DNA of 64,000 nt from Abditibacterium sp. (GTDB lineage Bacteria; Armatimonadota; Abditibacteriia; Abditibacteriales; Abditibacteriaceae). Position 1 is the stretch's first letter. Each line of letters starts with the position of its first letter. The notes below the pieces were generated by a model. It saw only the letters and a list, made by a program, of their open reading frames with translations, did not search any database and had not been told where the DNA came from. Shown piece by piece: positions 1 to 9,823 of the stretch. The DNA lies in the NCBI GenBank assembly GCA_965199495.1, contig CBDASK010000003.1, forward strand, positions 1,056,001 through 1,120,000. Reading direction: 5' to 3'. A program made the translations under genes and the position numbers.

Positions 1-9
1 TATAAGTAA
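1..9 (+). CDS. Probable 3' end of succinate dehydrogenase/fumarate reductase flavoprotein (partial)
   Basis: TAT AAG TAA (YK*) just upstream of sdhB; SdhA of this class typically ends ...RSYK. Context inference only. Confidence 0.4.
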   Translation, partial: YK

Positions 10-14
10 TCGTA

Positions 15-103
15 GAGACGCCGATTTATCGCGTCTTAAACGTTAAAGCACTCGCGCGTTTTGCGAAAGATTCGACGTTTAAGACGCGATAAATCGGCGT
101 CTC
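15..103. repeat. REPIN-like inverted repeat, GTAG family A
   Basis: Perfect 29-bp arms GAGACGCCGATTTATCGCGTCTTAAACGT / ACGTTTAAGACGCGATAAATCGGCGTCTC, GTAG at 12-15; related copy at 33535-33627. Confidence 0.9.
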
Positions 104-195
104 ACCGATAGAAAGCGATAAGCAACCTCGGTGCAGCCACGGAGCGCCGATAAGAACGTCAGGCGCAGTCAAACGTCTTTTAAAGCATCAAAATT

Positions 196-1068
196 ATGCA
201 AACCATTCAGCCCACGCAGCACTCCGGCAACAACGGCCACGCCACGCCGACCAACGATAAGTTAGTCAATGCCGATGCTTCCAAACATTCGACGGTGACC
301 AACAAACCGACCAAAAACATGAATTTGAAATTGCTCGTCTGGCGCCAGAGCGGCGCCAAAGACAAAGGCAAAATGGTCGAATATCGCGCCAACGACATTT
401 CGCCCGACATGAGCTTTTTGGAAATGCTCGATGTCGTCAACGAGCAGATGATTCACAAGGGCGAAGAACCCATCGCCTTTGAACACGATTGCCGCGAAGG
501 CATTTGCGGTTCGTGCGGCCTGATGATCAACGGTCTGGCTCACGGCCCCGACGCGGGAACCACGGTTTGTCAGTTGCACATGCGCAGTTTCAAAGATGGC
601 GATGAAATCGTTATTGAGCCGTGGCGCGCGCGCGCGTTTCCCGTGATTCGCGATCTGGTCGTTGACCGCAGCGCGTTCGACCGCATCATCGCGGCGGGCG
701 GTTATATTTCGGAAAACACCGGCAACGCGCCCGACGGCAACGCGATTCCCATCGGCAAAGATGTCGCCAACGACGCGATGGATGCGGCAGCGTGCATCGG
801 TTGCGCAGCGTGCGTCGCGCAGTGCAAAAACGCGTCGGCGGCTTTGTTTACGTCGGCCAAAGTCGCGCACTTGGCGCTCTTGCCGCAGGGCGAACCCGAA
901 CGCATCGAGCGCGTTTTACGCATGGTCTCGCAAATGGACGCCGAAATGTTCGGCTCCTGCTCCAACGAGGGCGAATGCGAAGCGGTCTGCCCGAAAGAGA
1001 TTAAAATGGTCAACATTTCGCTGATGAACCGCGAATATGAACGCGCGATTCTGTCGAACAAAAAGTAA
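196..1068 (+). CDS. sdhB: Succinate dehydrogenase/fumarate reductase iron-sulfur subunit
   Basis: [11 protein letters not shown] 2Fe-2S motif, [11 protein letters not shown] and [13 protein letters not shown]e-S motifs; true start may be near 319. Confidence 0.95.
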   Translation: MQTIQPTQHSGNNGHATPTNDKLVNADASKHSTVTNKPTKNMNLKLLVWRQSGAKDKGKMVEYRANDISPDMSFLEMLDVVNEQMIHKGEEPIAFEHDCREGICGSCGLMINGLAHGPDAGTTVCQLHMRSFKDGDEIVIEPWRARAFPVIRDLVVDRSAFDRIIAAGGYISENTGNAPDGNAIPIGKDVANDAMDAAACIGCAACVAQCKNASAALFTSAKVAHLALLPQGEPERIERVLRMVSQMDAEMFGSCSNEGECEAVCPKEIKMVNISLMNREYERAILSNKK

Positions 1069-1080
1069 GTTGGGAAAAAG

Positions 1081-1118
1081 AAAAAGCGCAAGTTCGGTCA
1101 CCTGAACTTGCGCTTTTT
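1081..1118 (+). terminator. Intrinsic terminator after sdhB (possibly bidirectional)
   Basis: AAAAAGCGCAAGTTC...GAACTTGCGCTTTTT hairpin right after the stop codon. Confidence 0.8.
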
Positions 1119-1148
1119 CGTTTACAAAAACGATTGGTGTTCTTGTAT

Positions 1149-1332
1149 TAGACCTCTGGCATCCGTCTTTATAAGCGTGGTTTGACTCTGAGTCCGCTTC
1201 CATAGCGGGGTGGTCGCCTGGCGGAGCCAACGCAGTTCCTCTTCCAATCGGGTTTTCTCTTCGCACCAAGATTGCAAGAGGGCGCAAGCCCCGCTCACGT
1301 CAAATTTGCCGCGGACGGATGCAAGAGGTCTA
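1149..1332. repeat. Nested long hairpin: 19-bp terminal inverted repeat enclosing a degenerate family B REP
   Basis: TAGACCTCTGGCATCCGTC (1149-1167) pairs with GACGGATGCAAGAGGTCTA (1314-1332), one mismatch; inner CCTCTTCCAATC...GATTGCAAGAGG. Confidence 0.7.
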
Positions 1333-1334
1333 TT

Positions 1335-2204
1335 CTATCCGTTACCACCGCCCCGTCCGCGACCCTGACCGCCGTTCCGACCACCTTGCCCTTGAGCTTG
1401 GCCGCCGTTCCAACCGCCTTGGCCATTTTGCGATTGCGCGGGCGAGAAAACTGCGGTGGGGCCGCCAATCGCCAGCACGTCGTTATTCAAGATACCGACG
1501 AGGGTCAAAAACGCTTTGATGCGAGGCGTTGTCGAATAATGGATTTTGGAATCCAAGTCTTTAAGCGCTTTGGTTTGGCGGTCGTTTTCGGCTTGCACGG
1601 CGTTTTCGTAAGCCGCGAAAGTTGTGGCGACTTTGGAATCGGCGGCGGCTTCGATGCCGGTATCGGCGACGTTGGCGGGAGCCACGACGGGCGCTTGCAG
1701 CGCCGTGGCTGCTGTTTGGGCCAGTTGCAACAACGTCACGCGCGCCTTGTTTTGCTCGGCGACATAAGCGACGATGGCATCTTGCACATCGAAATCGGCG
1801 ATGCCCGCCGCGTTCATCATTTGCTTCATCGCATCGGCGGTATTACGGCTGTTACGCCCGCCGCGTCCGCCGCCGCCGCCTTGGCCAGTCTGCCCGGCTT
1901 GGCCCATCAAACCCGCATCTTGCGCTTTTTGCAACGCATTCGGGTCGTTCGGATCAATGCCAGCCTGTTGTAATCTTTGGTTGATAACCTGCTGGACGGC
2001 GGCGCGTTGTTCGGGCGTCATGGACTGCATACGTTCTTGCAAGCGCGCCTGAAAATTTTGCGCGCGCTGTTCGGGCGTGAGATTTTCGTTGCCCTGCTGA
2101 CGCTGGTCTTGACGAGCGTCACGATTGGGACGCGCATTTTGCGCCTGAGCGGTTAAGCCCGTCATCAAGAGTGCGCCCAATGCGCAGTAAAGAATTTTAT
2201 TCAT
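1335..2204 (-). CDS. Hypothetical secreted protein, Gln/Gly/Asn-rich
   Basis: 289-aa ORF with signal peptide (MNKILYCALGALLMTGLTAQA) and low-complexity G/Q/R segments; follows the DUF1559 gene. Confidence 0.8.
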   Translation of the reverse strand: MNKILYCALGALLMTGLTAQAQNARPNRDARQDQRQQGNENLTPEQRAQNFQARLQERMQSMTPEQRAAVQQVINQRLQQAGIDPNDPNALQKAQDAGLMGQAGQTGQGGGGGRGGRNSRNTADAMKQMMNAAGIADFDVQDAIVAYVAEQNKARVTLLQLAQTAATALQAPVVAPANVADTGIEAAADSKVATTFAAYENAVQAENDRQTKALKDLDSKIHYSTTPRIKAFLTLVGILNNDVLAIGGPTAVFSPAQSQNGQGGWNGGQAQGQGGRNGGQGRGRGGGNG

Positions 2205-2219
2205 ATTTTGGTTTCCTTT

Positions 2220-2930
2220 TTAATTGACACAAAAAGTCGCGTTCGATCCCGTAGGCGTATTAGCCCCCGCCGGGCCACAGTCCGTGGCATTGCCAGCGCC
2301 CAAGGCGCGTTCGGGACGCATCCATTTGACGTGACCATCTACAAATGAGTAATTGGCTCCTTCCAAATGGCGTGCCCTACCCGCGCCTGGAGGGGACAAC
2401 TGGTAAGAGTTTGCCGTCGCGTCACCGCTAATTCCGGTGCCTTCGCCATTTAGGATAGTGTTGGACGAATAATCTATCGCGGCCTCGCTGCGCCCGGTCC
2501 CAACGACCGGATTGGCGCTGGAATCCACGACACTCACCGTGTTGTAATTGACGTAGTAATCGGAAAATCCGTTAGTGGCAGCGCGCGTTAAAAGATCGGC
2601 GCCGGGCGGCGGCGGTGCGGTTTCGCTGGGGCATTGGAAAATCTGTTCGCTCTTTATATAGGGCTGAACCGCGTAACCCCAGCCCGGCGAACCCGCCGGA
2701 GCAGGAACCGTGATATTGGGAAAACGCTCGTCGTAATCCTGCGTGTATTGCTTAATTCCCAACGCGATCTGTTTCAGGTTGCTCTGACAACTGCTGCGCC
2801 GCGCGTTTTCGCGGGCACGCGCAAAAACTGGGAACAAAATCGCCGCCAGAATCGCGATAATGGCGATAACGACAAGCAATTCTATCAAAGTAAATGCCGA
2901 ACGCGGTTTTTGATGCTGGAAGTGAGACAT
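2220..2930 (-). CDS. DUF1559 prepilin-type N-terminal cleavage/methylation protein with H-X9-DG motif
   Basis: [43 protein letters not shown] and C-terminal [15 protein letters not shown]. Confidence 0.95.
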   Translation of the reverse strand: MSHFQHQKPRSAFTLIELLVVIAIIAILAAILFPVFARARENARRSSCQSNLKQIALGIKQYTQDYDERFPNITVPAPAGSPGWGYAVQPYIKSEQIFQCPSETAPPPPGADLLTRAATNGFSDYYVNYNTVSVVDSSANPVVGTGRSEAAIDYSSNTILNGEGTGISGDATANSYQLSPPGAGRARHLEGANYSFVDGHVKWMRPERALGAGNATDCGPAGANTPTGSNATFCVN

Positions 2931-2942
2931 GATTGAACGATA

Positions 2943-2979
2943 AATTAGGGACTTTTCCCCGATTTAAAAGTCCCTAATT
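2943..2979. promoter_or_regulatory. 14-bp-arm palindrome between pnkp and the DUF1559 gene (terminator or operator)
   Basis: AATTAGGGACTTTT-N9-AAAAGTCCCTAATT. Confidence 0.55.
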
Positions 2980-3050
2980 CCGACATTCTGTCCGTTTGCC
3001 AAGTTCGTGAACAAATCTGGCGATTCGCGCAGGGTTAGTTAAGGCTGTCT

Positions 3051-5579
3051 TTACAAGCGCGGATCAACCGGTTCGCTTTCCAGGGCCAGCACGCCAAAGA
3101 CGCATTCGTGAACGCGCCGCAACGCCTCGCCCGCGACAAACCGTTCGAGCGCCTCAATGCCCAAAGCGAATTCGCGCGACGCCAACGAACGTTTGGCGCC
3201 CAATCCACGCGCGCGCAGCCGATCCAAATTGCGCGGTAACAGATAATCCGGCCCATAAATAATGCGCAGATACTCGCGCCCGCGCACCTTCACGGCGGGC
3301 TGAACCAACCCTTTTTCGCGCGCATTAATCCAATCGAGCGGTTTCACGACCATGCCTTCGCCGCCTTTGCTCGTCAGTTCTTCCCACCACGTCGTCGCGT
3401 TTTCAACAGCCACGGCGTCGGACAAATCCACTTTGACGAACGGCGTCGCGACAAAAATCGCATCCTCGCCCGTCAGCTCTGCCAACGTTTCCATGTGCCA
3501 GACGTGATTTTTATCAACGTGAACTTTGCCCTTCGACGCCAGCAGATGAAATGGCGCCAGACGATAATCATCCAACGAATTCACGTCCCAACAATAGCGC
3601 GAGTAAGCGGCGCGATAGTCTTCTATCGCGTCCAGACGCGCCGCCGTATTATTTTGGAGTTCGCCGATTTCCAAACCGCGCGTTGCCGCCATTTCCAAAA
3701 CCGCACTCGCCGCCGACAACGCCAGTTCGCCCGCCGCACCGACGGGCGCGTATTGATGGCGAATCAGTTCGCGCGCCTTGGCCGACCAGGGCATCAGTTC
3801 GCAATCCAAAACGAACCAATCGCTCTCGAACTTGTCCCACCAATCCGCGCGCCCAATCGCGGCGCGCAACCGTTCCAAGAGCGCGCTTTCGACCGACAAA
3901 TCGTCGAAAAAGCGCCGCCCCGTCCGCGTTAGGATCGCGCCTTCGCCCGCGACGCCAAACGACGCGCGCGCCGCATCGGCATCGCGCGCCACGACCACAA
4001 CGGCGCGCGAACCCATGTGCTTCTCTTCGCACACGACGTGGCTGATGCCTTCGCCGCGAAAATAGCTCCATGCCTCGTCGGGATGCTCCAAATAATCCGG
4101 GCGCTTCGATGTGGCGACCGGCGCCATCGTCGGCGGCAAGTAAACCAGCCATTTCGGGTCGGCGGCGAAACGGCTCATCACTTCCAAAGCCGCCGCGCTG
4201 TTTTCGGCGCGAATCGTGATGTTGCGGCCCAGTTTTGTCTCGATCAAACGTTTGCCCAGATAATCGCCGATGTCCAACACTTCGTCCTGCCGTTGCTGCG
4301 GCGTGAGTTCGGTGTTTTGCGTCCAAATCGGACGCACCGATTCGGCGTATTCGCGCCGCGCCGCAACGCTGACGATTTCACGCTGCGGCCAACGCATCGC
4401 CGTGAGCGAGCCGCCGAAAACGCAGCCGGTATCGAGATTGAGCGTATTATTGAGCCACGTCGCGCGCGGCACAGGTGTGTGCCCGTAAACCACGGCGCTT
4501 TTGCCTTTATATTCGCGCGCCCAGTCCAACCGTTCGGGCAAACCCCATTCGTCGGTTTCGCCGGTCGTCTCGCCATACAAACAAAACGAACGCACCGTGC
4601 CCGATGCGCGCCCTTGCATCGCCTCTTTGAGTCCGGCGTGCGCCACGACCAAATCCCCGTCATCGAAAACGTAATGCGAAATCAAACCGTCCAGCCACTC
4701 GCGCAATTCGTTCTTAAATTCTGGCGATTGGTTTTCCAGATCGTCCAGCGTCTCCTGCAAACCGTGCGTGACCGCCGTCTTTTTGCCGCTCAAAAACCGT
4801 TTCAATTTATCGTCGTGATTGCCGCAAACGCACCAAGCCGTGCCCGCTTTCGTCATATTCATCGCGATGCGCAACACGTCGGCACTACGCGGGCCACGGT
4901 CGGCCAAATCGCCGACGAACGCGACTTGCCGATTTTCGGGATGGCGGTAAACGTCAGCCACGTCGCGCGCATAACCTAATTTAGCGAGCAATTCTTCCAA
5001 TTCGTCGGCGCAACCGTGGATATCGCCGATAATGTCGAACGGGCCATGTTCGGTTTTCTTATTGTTCCACAGCGGCACGCGCTCGATTTCGGCGTTGTCA
5101 ATGGCGTCGCCGCGCAAAACGCTGACATAGCGAAAGCCATCTTTCTCCAGGTGCCGCAACGATTGGCGCAACTGCCGCGCGTGATTGCGCGTGACGTGCG
5201 GCCCAAAATCGCGGTCGGGCCGCGATTGGTTGCGCTCGTGGCAAATTTCTTCCGGCACATCCAAAACGATGGCGACGCTCTGCACAAAAAACCGTTTGGC
5301 CAAAGCCAACAACGGCGCGCGCGCTTCTTTTTGCACATTGGTCGCATCAATCACGGTTAATTTGCCGTTTTTCAGGCGCAAAGCCGCGATTTCGTGAACC
5401 AACCGAAATGCGTCGGCGCTGGCTTCGAGCGAAGATTCGTCGTCGCAAACCAGACCGCGACAAAAATCTGACGAGATGATTTCGGTGGGCAAAAAGTGGC
5501 GCCGCGCGAACGAAGACTTACCGGCGCCCGACGCGCCGATGAGAACAACCAGACAGAGTTCGGGGATTTCGATTTTCAC
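3051..5579 (-). CDS. pnkp: Polynucleotide kinase-phosphatase (bacterial Pnkp: kinase, metallophosphatase and ligase domains)
   Basis: P-loop GASGAGKS; phosphoesterase GDIHG/GDLADRG/GNHD; ligase motif EEKHMGSR; C-terminus ESEPVDPRL. Confidence 0.97.
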   Translation of the reverse strand: MKIEIPELCLVVLIGASGAGKSSFARRHFLPTEIISSDFCRGLVCDDESSLEASADAFRLVHEIAALRLKNGKLTVIDATNVQKEARAPLLALAKRFFVQSVAIVLDVPEEICHERNQSRPDRDFGPHVTRNHARQLRQSLRHLEKDGFRYVSVLRGDAIDNAEIERVPLWNNKKTEHGPFDIIGDIHGCADELEELLAKLGYARDVADVYRHPENRQVAFVGDLADRGPRSADVLRIAMNMTKAGTAWCVCGNHDDKLKRFLSGKKTAVTHGLQETLDDLENQSPEFKNELREWLDGLISHYVFDDGDLVVAHAGLKEAMQGRASGTVRSFCLYGETTGETDEWGLPERLDWAREYKGKSAVVYGHTPVPRATWLNNTLNLDTGCVFGGSLTAMRWPQREIVSVAARREYAESVRPIWTQNTELTPQQRQDEVLDIGDYLGKRLIETKLGRNITIRAENSAAALEVMSRFAADPKWLVYLPPTMAPVATSKRPDYLEHPDEAWSYFRGEGISHVVCEEKHMGSRAVVVVARDADAARASFGVAGEGAILTRTGRRFFDDLSVESALLERLRAAIGRADWWDKFESDWFVLDCELMPWSAKARELIRHQYAPVGAAGELALSAASAVLEMAATRGLEIGELQNNTAARLDAIEDYRAAYSRYCWDVNSLDDYRLAPFHLLASKGKVHVDKNHVWHMETLAELTGEDAIFVATPFVKVDLSDAVAVENATTWWEELTSKGGEGMVVKPLDWINAREKGLVQPAVKVRGREYLRIIYGPDYLLPRNLDRLRARGLGAKRSLASREFALGIEALERFVAGEALRRVHECVFGVLALESEPVDPRL

Positions 5580-6118
5580 GCGTTATAGTCTGACGCCGTG
5601 GCTGCATCGAGCGCGCGATTGACAGCGCGCCACAAATTGAGACCAAATAGGGCAACGCTTGACAGGAACCATATCAAGAATACCCACATGAACGGAACGA
5701 GATGAATAATCATAAACAAAAAATTCGAGGTGAAAGCACAGAGTAGAGATGTTGACGCCGTGAACCAGAAAGTCTGGCGCCCAACCGAACGAAAGAAACG
5801 CGATTTGAACGGATTTTTCGCATCATTAACCGGAGCGTAAATTCCTGTGACGATGCCTACCAGTCCACCCATAATAGCGAGAATAAAGCTACTTCCACCG
5901 CCCAGCCAGAGCAAAATGCCAAGGAGAGCGCTATCGTCGAGTTCGAGAAGACCACGTTCAGCTTCGGGAACAGGAGGCGTTGGATGTTGAACAATAAATA
6001 GGATAAGACTGGCCATTGGGATTGCCACGGGCAACGCCCACAACAACGCGCCCGCCGCGCCCCAACCCAATACGCGACGCGCGAGCGGAAACCACCAAAC
6101 GTTGGAGTTGCGATTCAT
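5576..6118 (-). CDS. Hypothetical membrane protein
   Basis: About 4 hydrophobic segments; stop overlaps the pnkp start (GTGA); ATG start chosen at 6118. Confidence 0.7.
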   Translation of the reverse strand: MNRNSNVWWFPLARRVLGWGAAGALLWALPVAIPMASLILFIVQHPTPPVPEAERGLLELDDSALLGILLWLGGGSSFILAIMGGLVGIVTGIYAPVNDAKNPFKSRFFRSVGRQTFWFTASTSLLCAFTSNFLFMIIHLVPFMWVFLIWFLSSVALFGLNLWRAVNRALDAATASDYNA

Positions 6119-6201
6119 CGAAACGATTATCGCCAATCGCTTGGGCAGACGCAAGCACTTGAGTGCGAAAGAGCAATGCTCTTACTTATGGGCTGTTTCG
6201 T

Positions 6202-6981
6202 TTAACCTTCGTCCGGCATAGGAATCTTTTTGAACGCCGGTTCGCCGACGCGAAAATTGCGATTGTAGTGGTAAAGATCGCCATTGGCTTCGGAATCCAC
6301 GTTTGAACTGGTAAAAATGTCCAAACCTTCGCGCGGCAAATAAGCGCTCATGTAACCGCCGTCGAATCGGCCCAGTTCGTAAGGAAAGAAATCTTCGCTC
6401 ACTTTGCGCGGATGGCGGTCGGGATCGTCGGATTCGCCATAATAAAAGTCGAGCGCGCCCGGCGTTTGACCATTGGGCCACACGATGCGGCTGACGGCAC
6501 ACCACGGCTCATCGCCATTGGGAAAAAGCGTGATTTGTAACCTGCGCAAATCGCCGTCACGCTCGTCAGCAGAGCCGGGAATCTCGATGAAGTTGTGCTT
6601 ATAATCCACAATCGCGCCTTTGCGATTCAGCAGCGAACGCCGATTGACGCCGCCAAACGCGGCGAAATGTTTGGCGGGCAAACGATCATAAAAATCCATC
6701 AATTGGCTTTTCGGCTTGCGTGACGACGATTTCTTCGCGGGTTGGTCGTCGGTTTTGGCGGCAGTTTTTTTCGCGTCAACATCGTCGGAAGTGCGCAAAT
6801 CGGCGATTTCGGTCTCGTCGCCCGCGCCCTTGTCCGCCGCCGTGGCTACATCGGGCGCGGGGACTTGAACGTTTATCGTCATGTTCGACGCCGGTTGGCG
6901 CGACGCGCATGAAGGGACGAGCAGCGAACCGACAAGGGTGATGGCGGCGACGCCTGAGCCAACTAAAAATTTCTTTTGCAT
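6202..6981 (-). CDS. Hypothetical exported protein / possible lipoprotein
   Basis: N-terminal hydrophobic segment ending LLVPSC; ORF of about 260 aa. Confidence 0.7.
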   Translation of the reverse strand: MQKKFLVGSGVAAITLVGSLLVPSCASRQPASNMTINVQVPAPDVATAADKGAGDETEIADLRTSDDVDAKKTAAKTDDQPAKKSSSRKPKSQLMDFYDRLPAKHFAAFGGVNRRSLLNRKGAIVDYKHNFIEIPGSADERDGDLRRLQITLFPNGDEPWCAVSRIVWPNGQTPGALDFYYGESDDPDRHPRKVSEDFFPYELGRFDGGYMSAYLPREGLDIFTSSNVDSEANGDLYHYNRNFRVGEPAFKKIPMPDEG

Positions 6982-7058
6982 GAGATTCAATCCTTGGATT
7001 TCTGCACTCGTCTGAGAGAAATCAAATTTGCCAATGTGGTGCCACGCGCGACTTCATT

Positions 7059-7877
7059 TTATTTCGGCTGATATTGACGCGTAATTTCATATAACATCAC
7101 GCCCGCAGCCACACCGACGCCCAGCGAATCTACGCTCGCGTCAACCGGAATGTAGGCCAATTGCTGGCAGGCGTGAAGCGCGCGCGGCGAAAGTCCGCTG
7201 CGTTCGTCGCCCAGCCAGAGCCACAAATCGCGTGGATAATCCAAAACGCGATAATCATGGGCGCCACGCAGTGATGTGCCCAGCCAAAACGGACGATAGC
7301 GCGCGCGAAATCGAAAAACTTCGTCCCAACTGGCGCGCACCAGAGTTTGTTGCCAGAACGCGCCCATGCTGGAACGCACCGTCGCTGGGTGGAAAAAGTC
7401 CACATCATCGCCGACCGCGATGCAGCCACGGGCACCGGCAGCTTGTGCGGTGCGCAGCATCGAACCCAAATTGCCGGGTTTGCGAACCGATTCGAGCGCC
7501 AACCAAACGCCGCTATGCGCGCCCAATTCGGATAAATTCATCGTTTGGCTCGACGCAATACCGATTAAACCCTGCGGGTCTTCGCCCTGCGCCAATGTTT
7601 GCAAAGTGACGGCATCGGTGACGAAATGGGGAATGCCACGAATGCGTGTTTTTGCCACAAGACGCCCGGAAATTGCCGTCATTGGCGAGGCGTAAAGCAG
7701 CGTTTGCAGCGCGTCGTTTTGTAGCGCCAACTCGATGTTGCGGGCGCCTTCGATGAGAAATTGGCCGCGCGAGTCGCGGTGGCTGCGTTGGCGCAAAAGT
7801 GCGGTCTGAGCGATTAATTCGTGTGGAGCGGGCATCGCTTTAGCGCGCGGAACCTCCTTGTTGAGATGGCGTTTCAT
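7059..7877 (-). CDS. TrmH/SpoU (SPOUT) family RNA methyltransferase
   Basis: FLIEG substrate-binding domain; LESVRKPGNLGSMLRTA, LGDERSGL and SLGVGVAAGVMLYE SPOUT motifs. Confidence 0.92.
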   Translation of the reverse strand: MKRHLNKEVPRAKAMPAPHELIAQTALLRQRSHRDSRGQFLIEGARNIELALQNDALQTLLYASPMTAISGRLVAKTRIRGIPHFVTDAVTLQTLAQGEDPQGLIGIASSQTMNLSELGAHSGVWLALESVRKPGNLGSMLRTAQAAGARGCIAVGDDVDFFHPATVRSSMGAFWQQTLVRASWDEVFRFRARYRPFWLGTSLRGAHDYRVLDYPRDLWLWLGDERSGLSPRALHACQQLAYIPVDASVDSLGVGVAAGVMLYEITRQYQPK

Positions 7878-8115
7878 GGTTTAAAAAATTCATAATTGGG
7901 AAGTTTGCCATACGGCAAACGACAACGGAACCGGCGCGAGAATCGCGCGGTTTAGAAGGGAAAAACGGGTTGATGCGGAGAGTTGAGATCAATGAAATCT
8001 GCGGCGACAGTTGCAAGCGCAGCAGCAACGAACATAAAAGTTCCATTCGATTTTAACTTTTAGAGCGCCCGGCGGCAAGCGCTGGCATCGCGCATACTGC
8101 AAACGAGAAAACATC

Positions 8116-8481
8116 ATGGCACAACACAAAGACGAGGCTCGCGAACAACGCATCATCAACGAAATCGTAGTGGACGCTTACGACGCGGAAGAGCGAGCGC
8201 TGGGCTGGTATTATTATCTCGAAGAGCAGTTGCAGTTTCCGTTTCGCGCGCGCTGCAACCGCACCAATCCGATTTCGCCGCTCCGGCGCGGTGAAGAAGT
8301 CGAAGTGCTAAAAATGCCCGCCGAAGAAGTTTGCCAGCACGAGATGTTCGTGGTTATCGAGTGGGAAAACCGCCGCTTTGGTGTGCCGCTTTCGCAGTTA
8401 GAACCGCTCGATGTGGACGCCGAAACGCTGCAAGGCATCGAAGATTGGCACTATTGGAAAAAACAAAATTACGAGTTTTAA
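8116..8481 (+). CDS. Calcium-binding protein CcbP-like family
   Basis: EIVVDAYD-EERALGWYYYLEE-LQFPF and DWHYW signature. Confidence 0.8.
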   Translation: MAQHKDEAREQRIINEIVVDAYDAEERALGWYYYLEEQLQFPFRARCNRTNPISPLRRGEEVEVLKMPAEEVCQHEMFVVIEWENRRFGVPLSQLEPLDVDAETLQGIEDWHYWKKQNYEF

Positions 8482-9233
8482 TTGCCTCCCAACCGCAACC
8501 GAAGGAGCCAATCGTGGAGCGCCGGTTTAATATCAATTTTGGGTGGCAACGGCGAATTTTGTTCCGCGTTTTGCAACCGCTCGCGCAGACGCGCATATTG
8601 CGCTTCGTAGAACGGCAAATCAGCGTTTTCCAGCGTTTGACGTTCGGCGCCGTTGAGCTTTAAATCAATCAAATCGTTGATCGTCGCGCTGCCAAACTCT
8701 TCGTTTAAACGCGGTAAATTCGCTTCGAGTTTTCCGGTTTGCAGCAGATGCGCGCCGGTTAAAAGCACGCGATAAATATAAAGCAGTGGCTTGACGCGCG
8801 GCGGTGAATCTTTGAGGAAAAGTCGCCATTGATTATCGGCAAATCCCAGATAATGTTTGGCAAATTTGCGATTCAAACTATCGAGCGCAATCGCTTTCAA
8901 TTCCTCGTGCGCGGGCGAAGTGACGACGACCAAAGGCGAACACAATTGTTCCAAAGCGTAGCCGGAATCTTTGGCGATTAAAGCGCAAAATTTGCGCGCT
9001 TCGTGGCTGACGATGTCCCATTCCAAGCCATCGCGGATTTCGGCGACTTCGATGGTTTCGCGCGGCGGAAACAGCCCGACCAAATCGCGAAGCGGCGCGA
9101 CGTGGCTGCCGCGCAGGTCGTAATCGGAATCGGGCGACGAAAATCCGTAAAGATGCGCGCCCGAAACCGTGACAAAGAGCGCATCGGGAATATGAAGTTT
9201 GGCGGCGGCAGATAATCGCGGATCGAGTTGCAT
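8478..9233 (-). CDS. RlaP/YcgL-type DNA polymerase beta superfamily nucleotidyltransferase
   Basis: SGAHLYGFSSPDSDYDLRG catalytic motif; KPLLYIYRVLLTG helix; start set at 9233 because the upstream extension is a REP. Confidence 0.9.
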   Translation of the reverse strand: MQLDPRLSAAAKLHIPDALFVTVSGAHLYGFSSPDSDYDLRGSHVAPLRDLVGLFPPRETIEVAEIRDGLEWDIVSHEARKFCALIAKDSGYALEQLCSPLVVVTSPAHEELKAIALDSLNRKFAKHYLGFADNQWRLFLKDSPPRVKPLLYIYRVLLTGAHLLQTGKLEANLPRLNEEFGSATINDLIDLKLNGAERQTLENADLPFYEAQYARLRERLQNAEQNSPLPPKIDIKPALHDWLLRLRLGGN

Positions 9234-9247
9234 ATTTATGTTGAGAG

Positions 9248-9341
9248 GCGAGAGGAGCGGGGCTGACGCACCCTTCCAATCTTGCATCTGTTCGAGGGAA
9301 GTTTGCCGATTGGAAGGGTGCGTCAGCCCCGCTCCTCTCGC
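9248..9341. repeat. REP/REPIN family B inverted repeat
   Basis: Perfect 34-bp arms GCGAGAGGAGCGGGGCTGACGCACCCTTCCAATC; relatives at 13975, 55494 and inside 1149-1332. Confidence 0.9.
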
Positions 9342-9346
9342 TTTAT

Positions 9347-9814
9347 CTATTTTTGCCACGCCAAAACTTGCGCGGTGAGTTCTGGTAGCGAACCGACGAC
9401 TTGAACATCGGGCCGCTCTAATTCGAGTTGGATAATTACGTCTTCATAGCGCGCATAATCGGGTTGCGCGGCGACAAATAGCGGTTTGGGCTGGCCATTT
9501 TCGTCGCGCCAGTGCGCCCACGAACCCAGTTCGTAAAGCGAAATTAGGCACAACGCGCCCGCAGGAAACCAGAACGAAATCGCGCTCGAATTGCGCAAAC
9601 CGTCGTGTTCCCAGCGAATCTGTTCGCGCAAAGCCTGCGGGTCGAGCGCGTTATACGTTTCGCGGCGCGGGTTGAGCAACGTTAAATCGGTTTCGCGCAA
9701 ATCGTTGGCGAATTCGGTTTGCCAATCGGGCGCGCCAGTGATGGCGCCGGCGACGAACAGACTATTGTCGAATGCAGCCACGGGCACGAGTTCAGGTGGA
9801 CGATAGAGTTTCAT
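9347..9814 (-). CDS. Nucleoside 2-deoxyribosyltransferase-like protein
   Basis: LFVAGAI...DWQ, LNPRR, QIRWE and ISLYELG motifs of the NDT-like family. Confidence 0.85.
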   Translation of the reverse strand: MKLYRPPELVPVAAFDNSLFVAGAITGAPDWQTEFANDLRETDLTLLNPRRETYNALDPQALREQIRWEHDGLRNSSAISFWFPAGALCLISLYELGSWAHWRDENGQPKPLFVAAQPDYARYEDVIIQLELERPDVQVVGSLPELTAQVLAWQK

Positions 9815-9823
9815 GGTTTTTAT

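Noticed and set aside
7840..8046. 68-aa ORF upstream of the TrmH gene
   Set aside because: No recognisable features and it overlaps the trmH start; only the shorter alternative uORF is noted, speculatively
9234..9359. N-terminal extensions of the NTase ORF (likewise NDT, hen1, ubiD, ubiE, dprE1, DUF151)
   Set aside because: They run through or beside palindromic repeats; downstream ATGs match the family N-termini better
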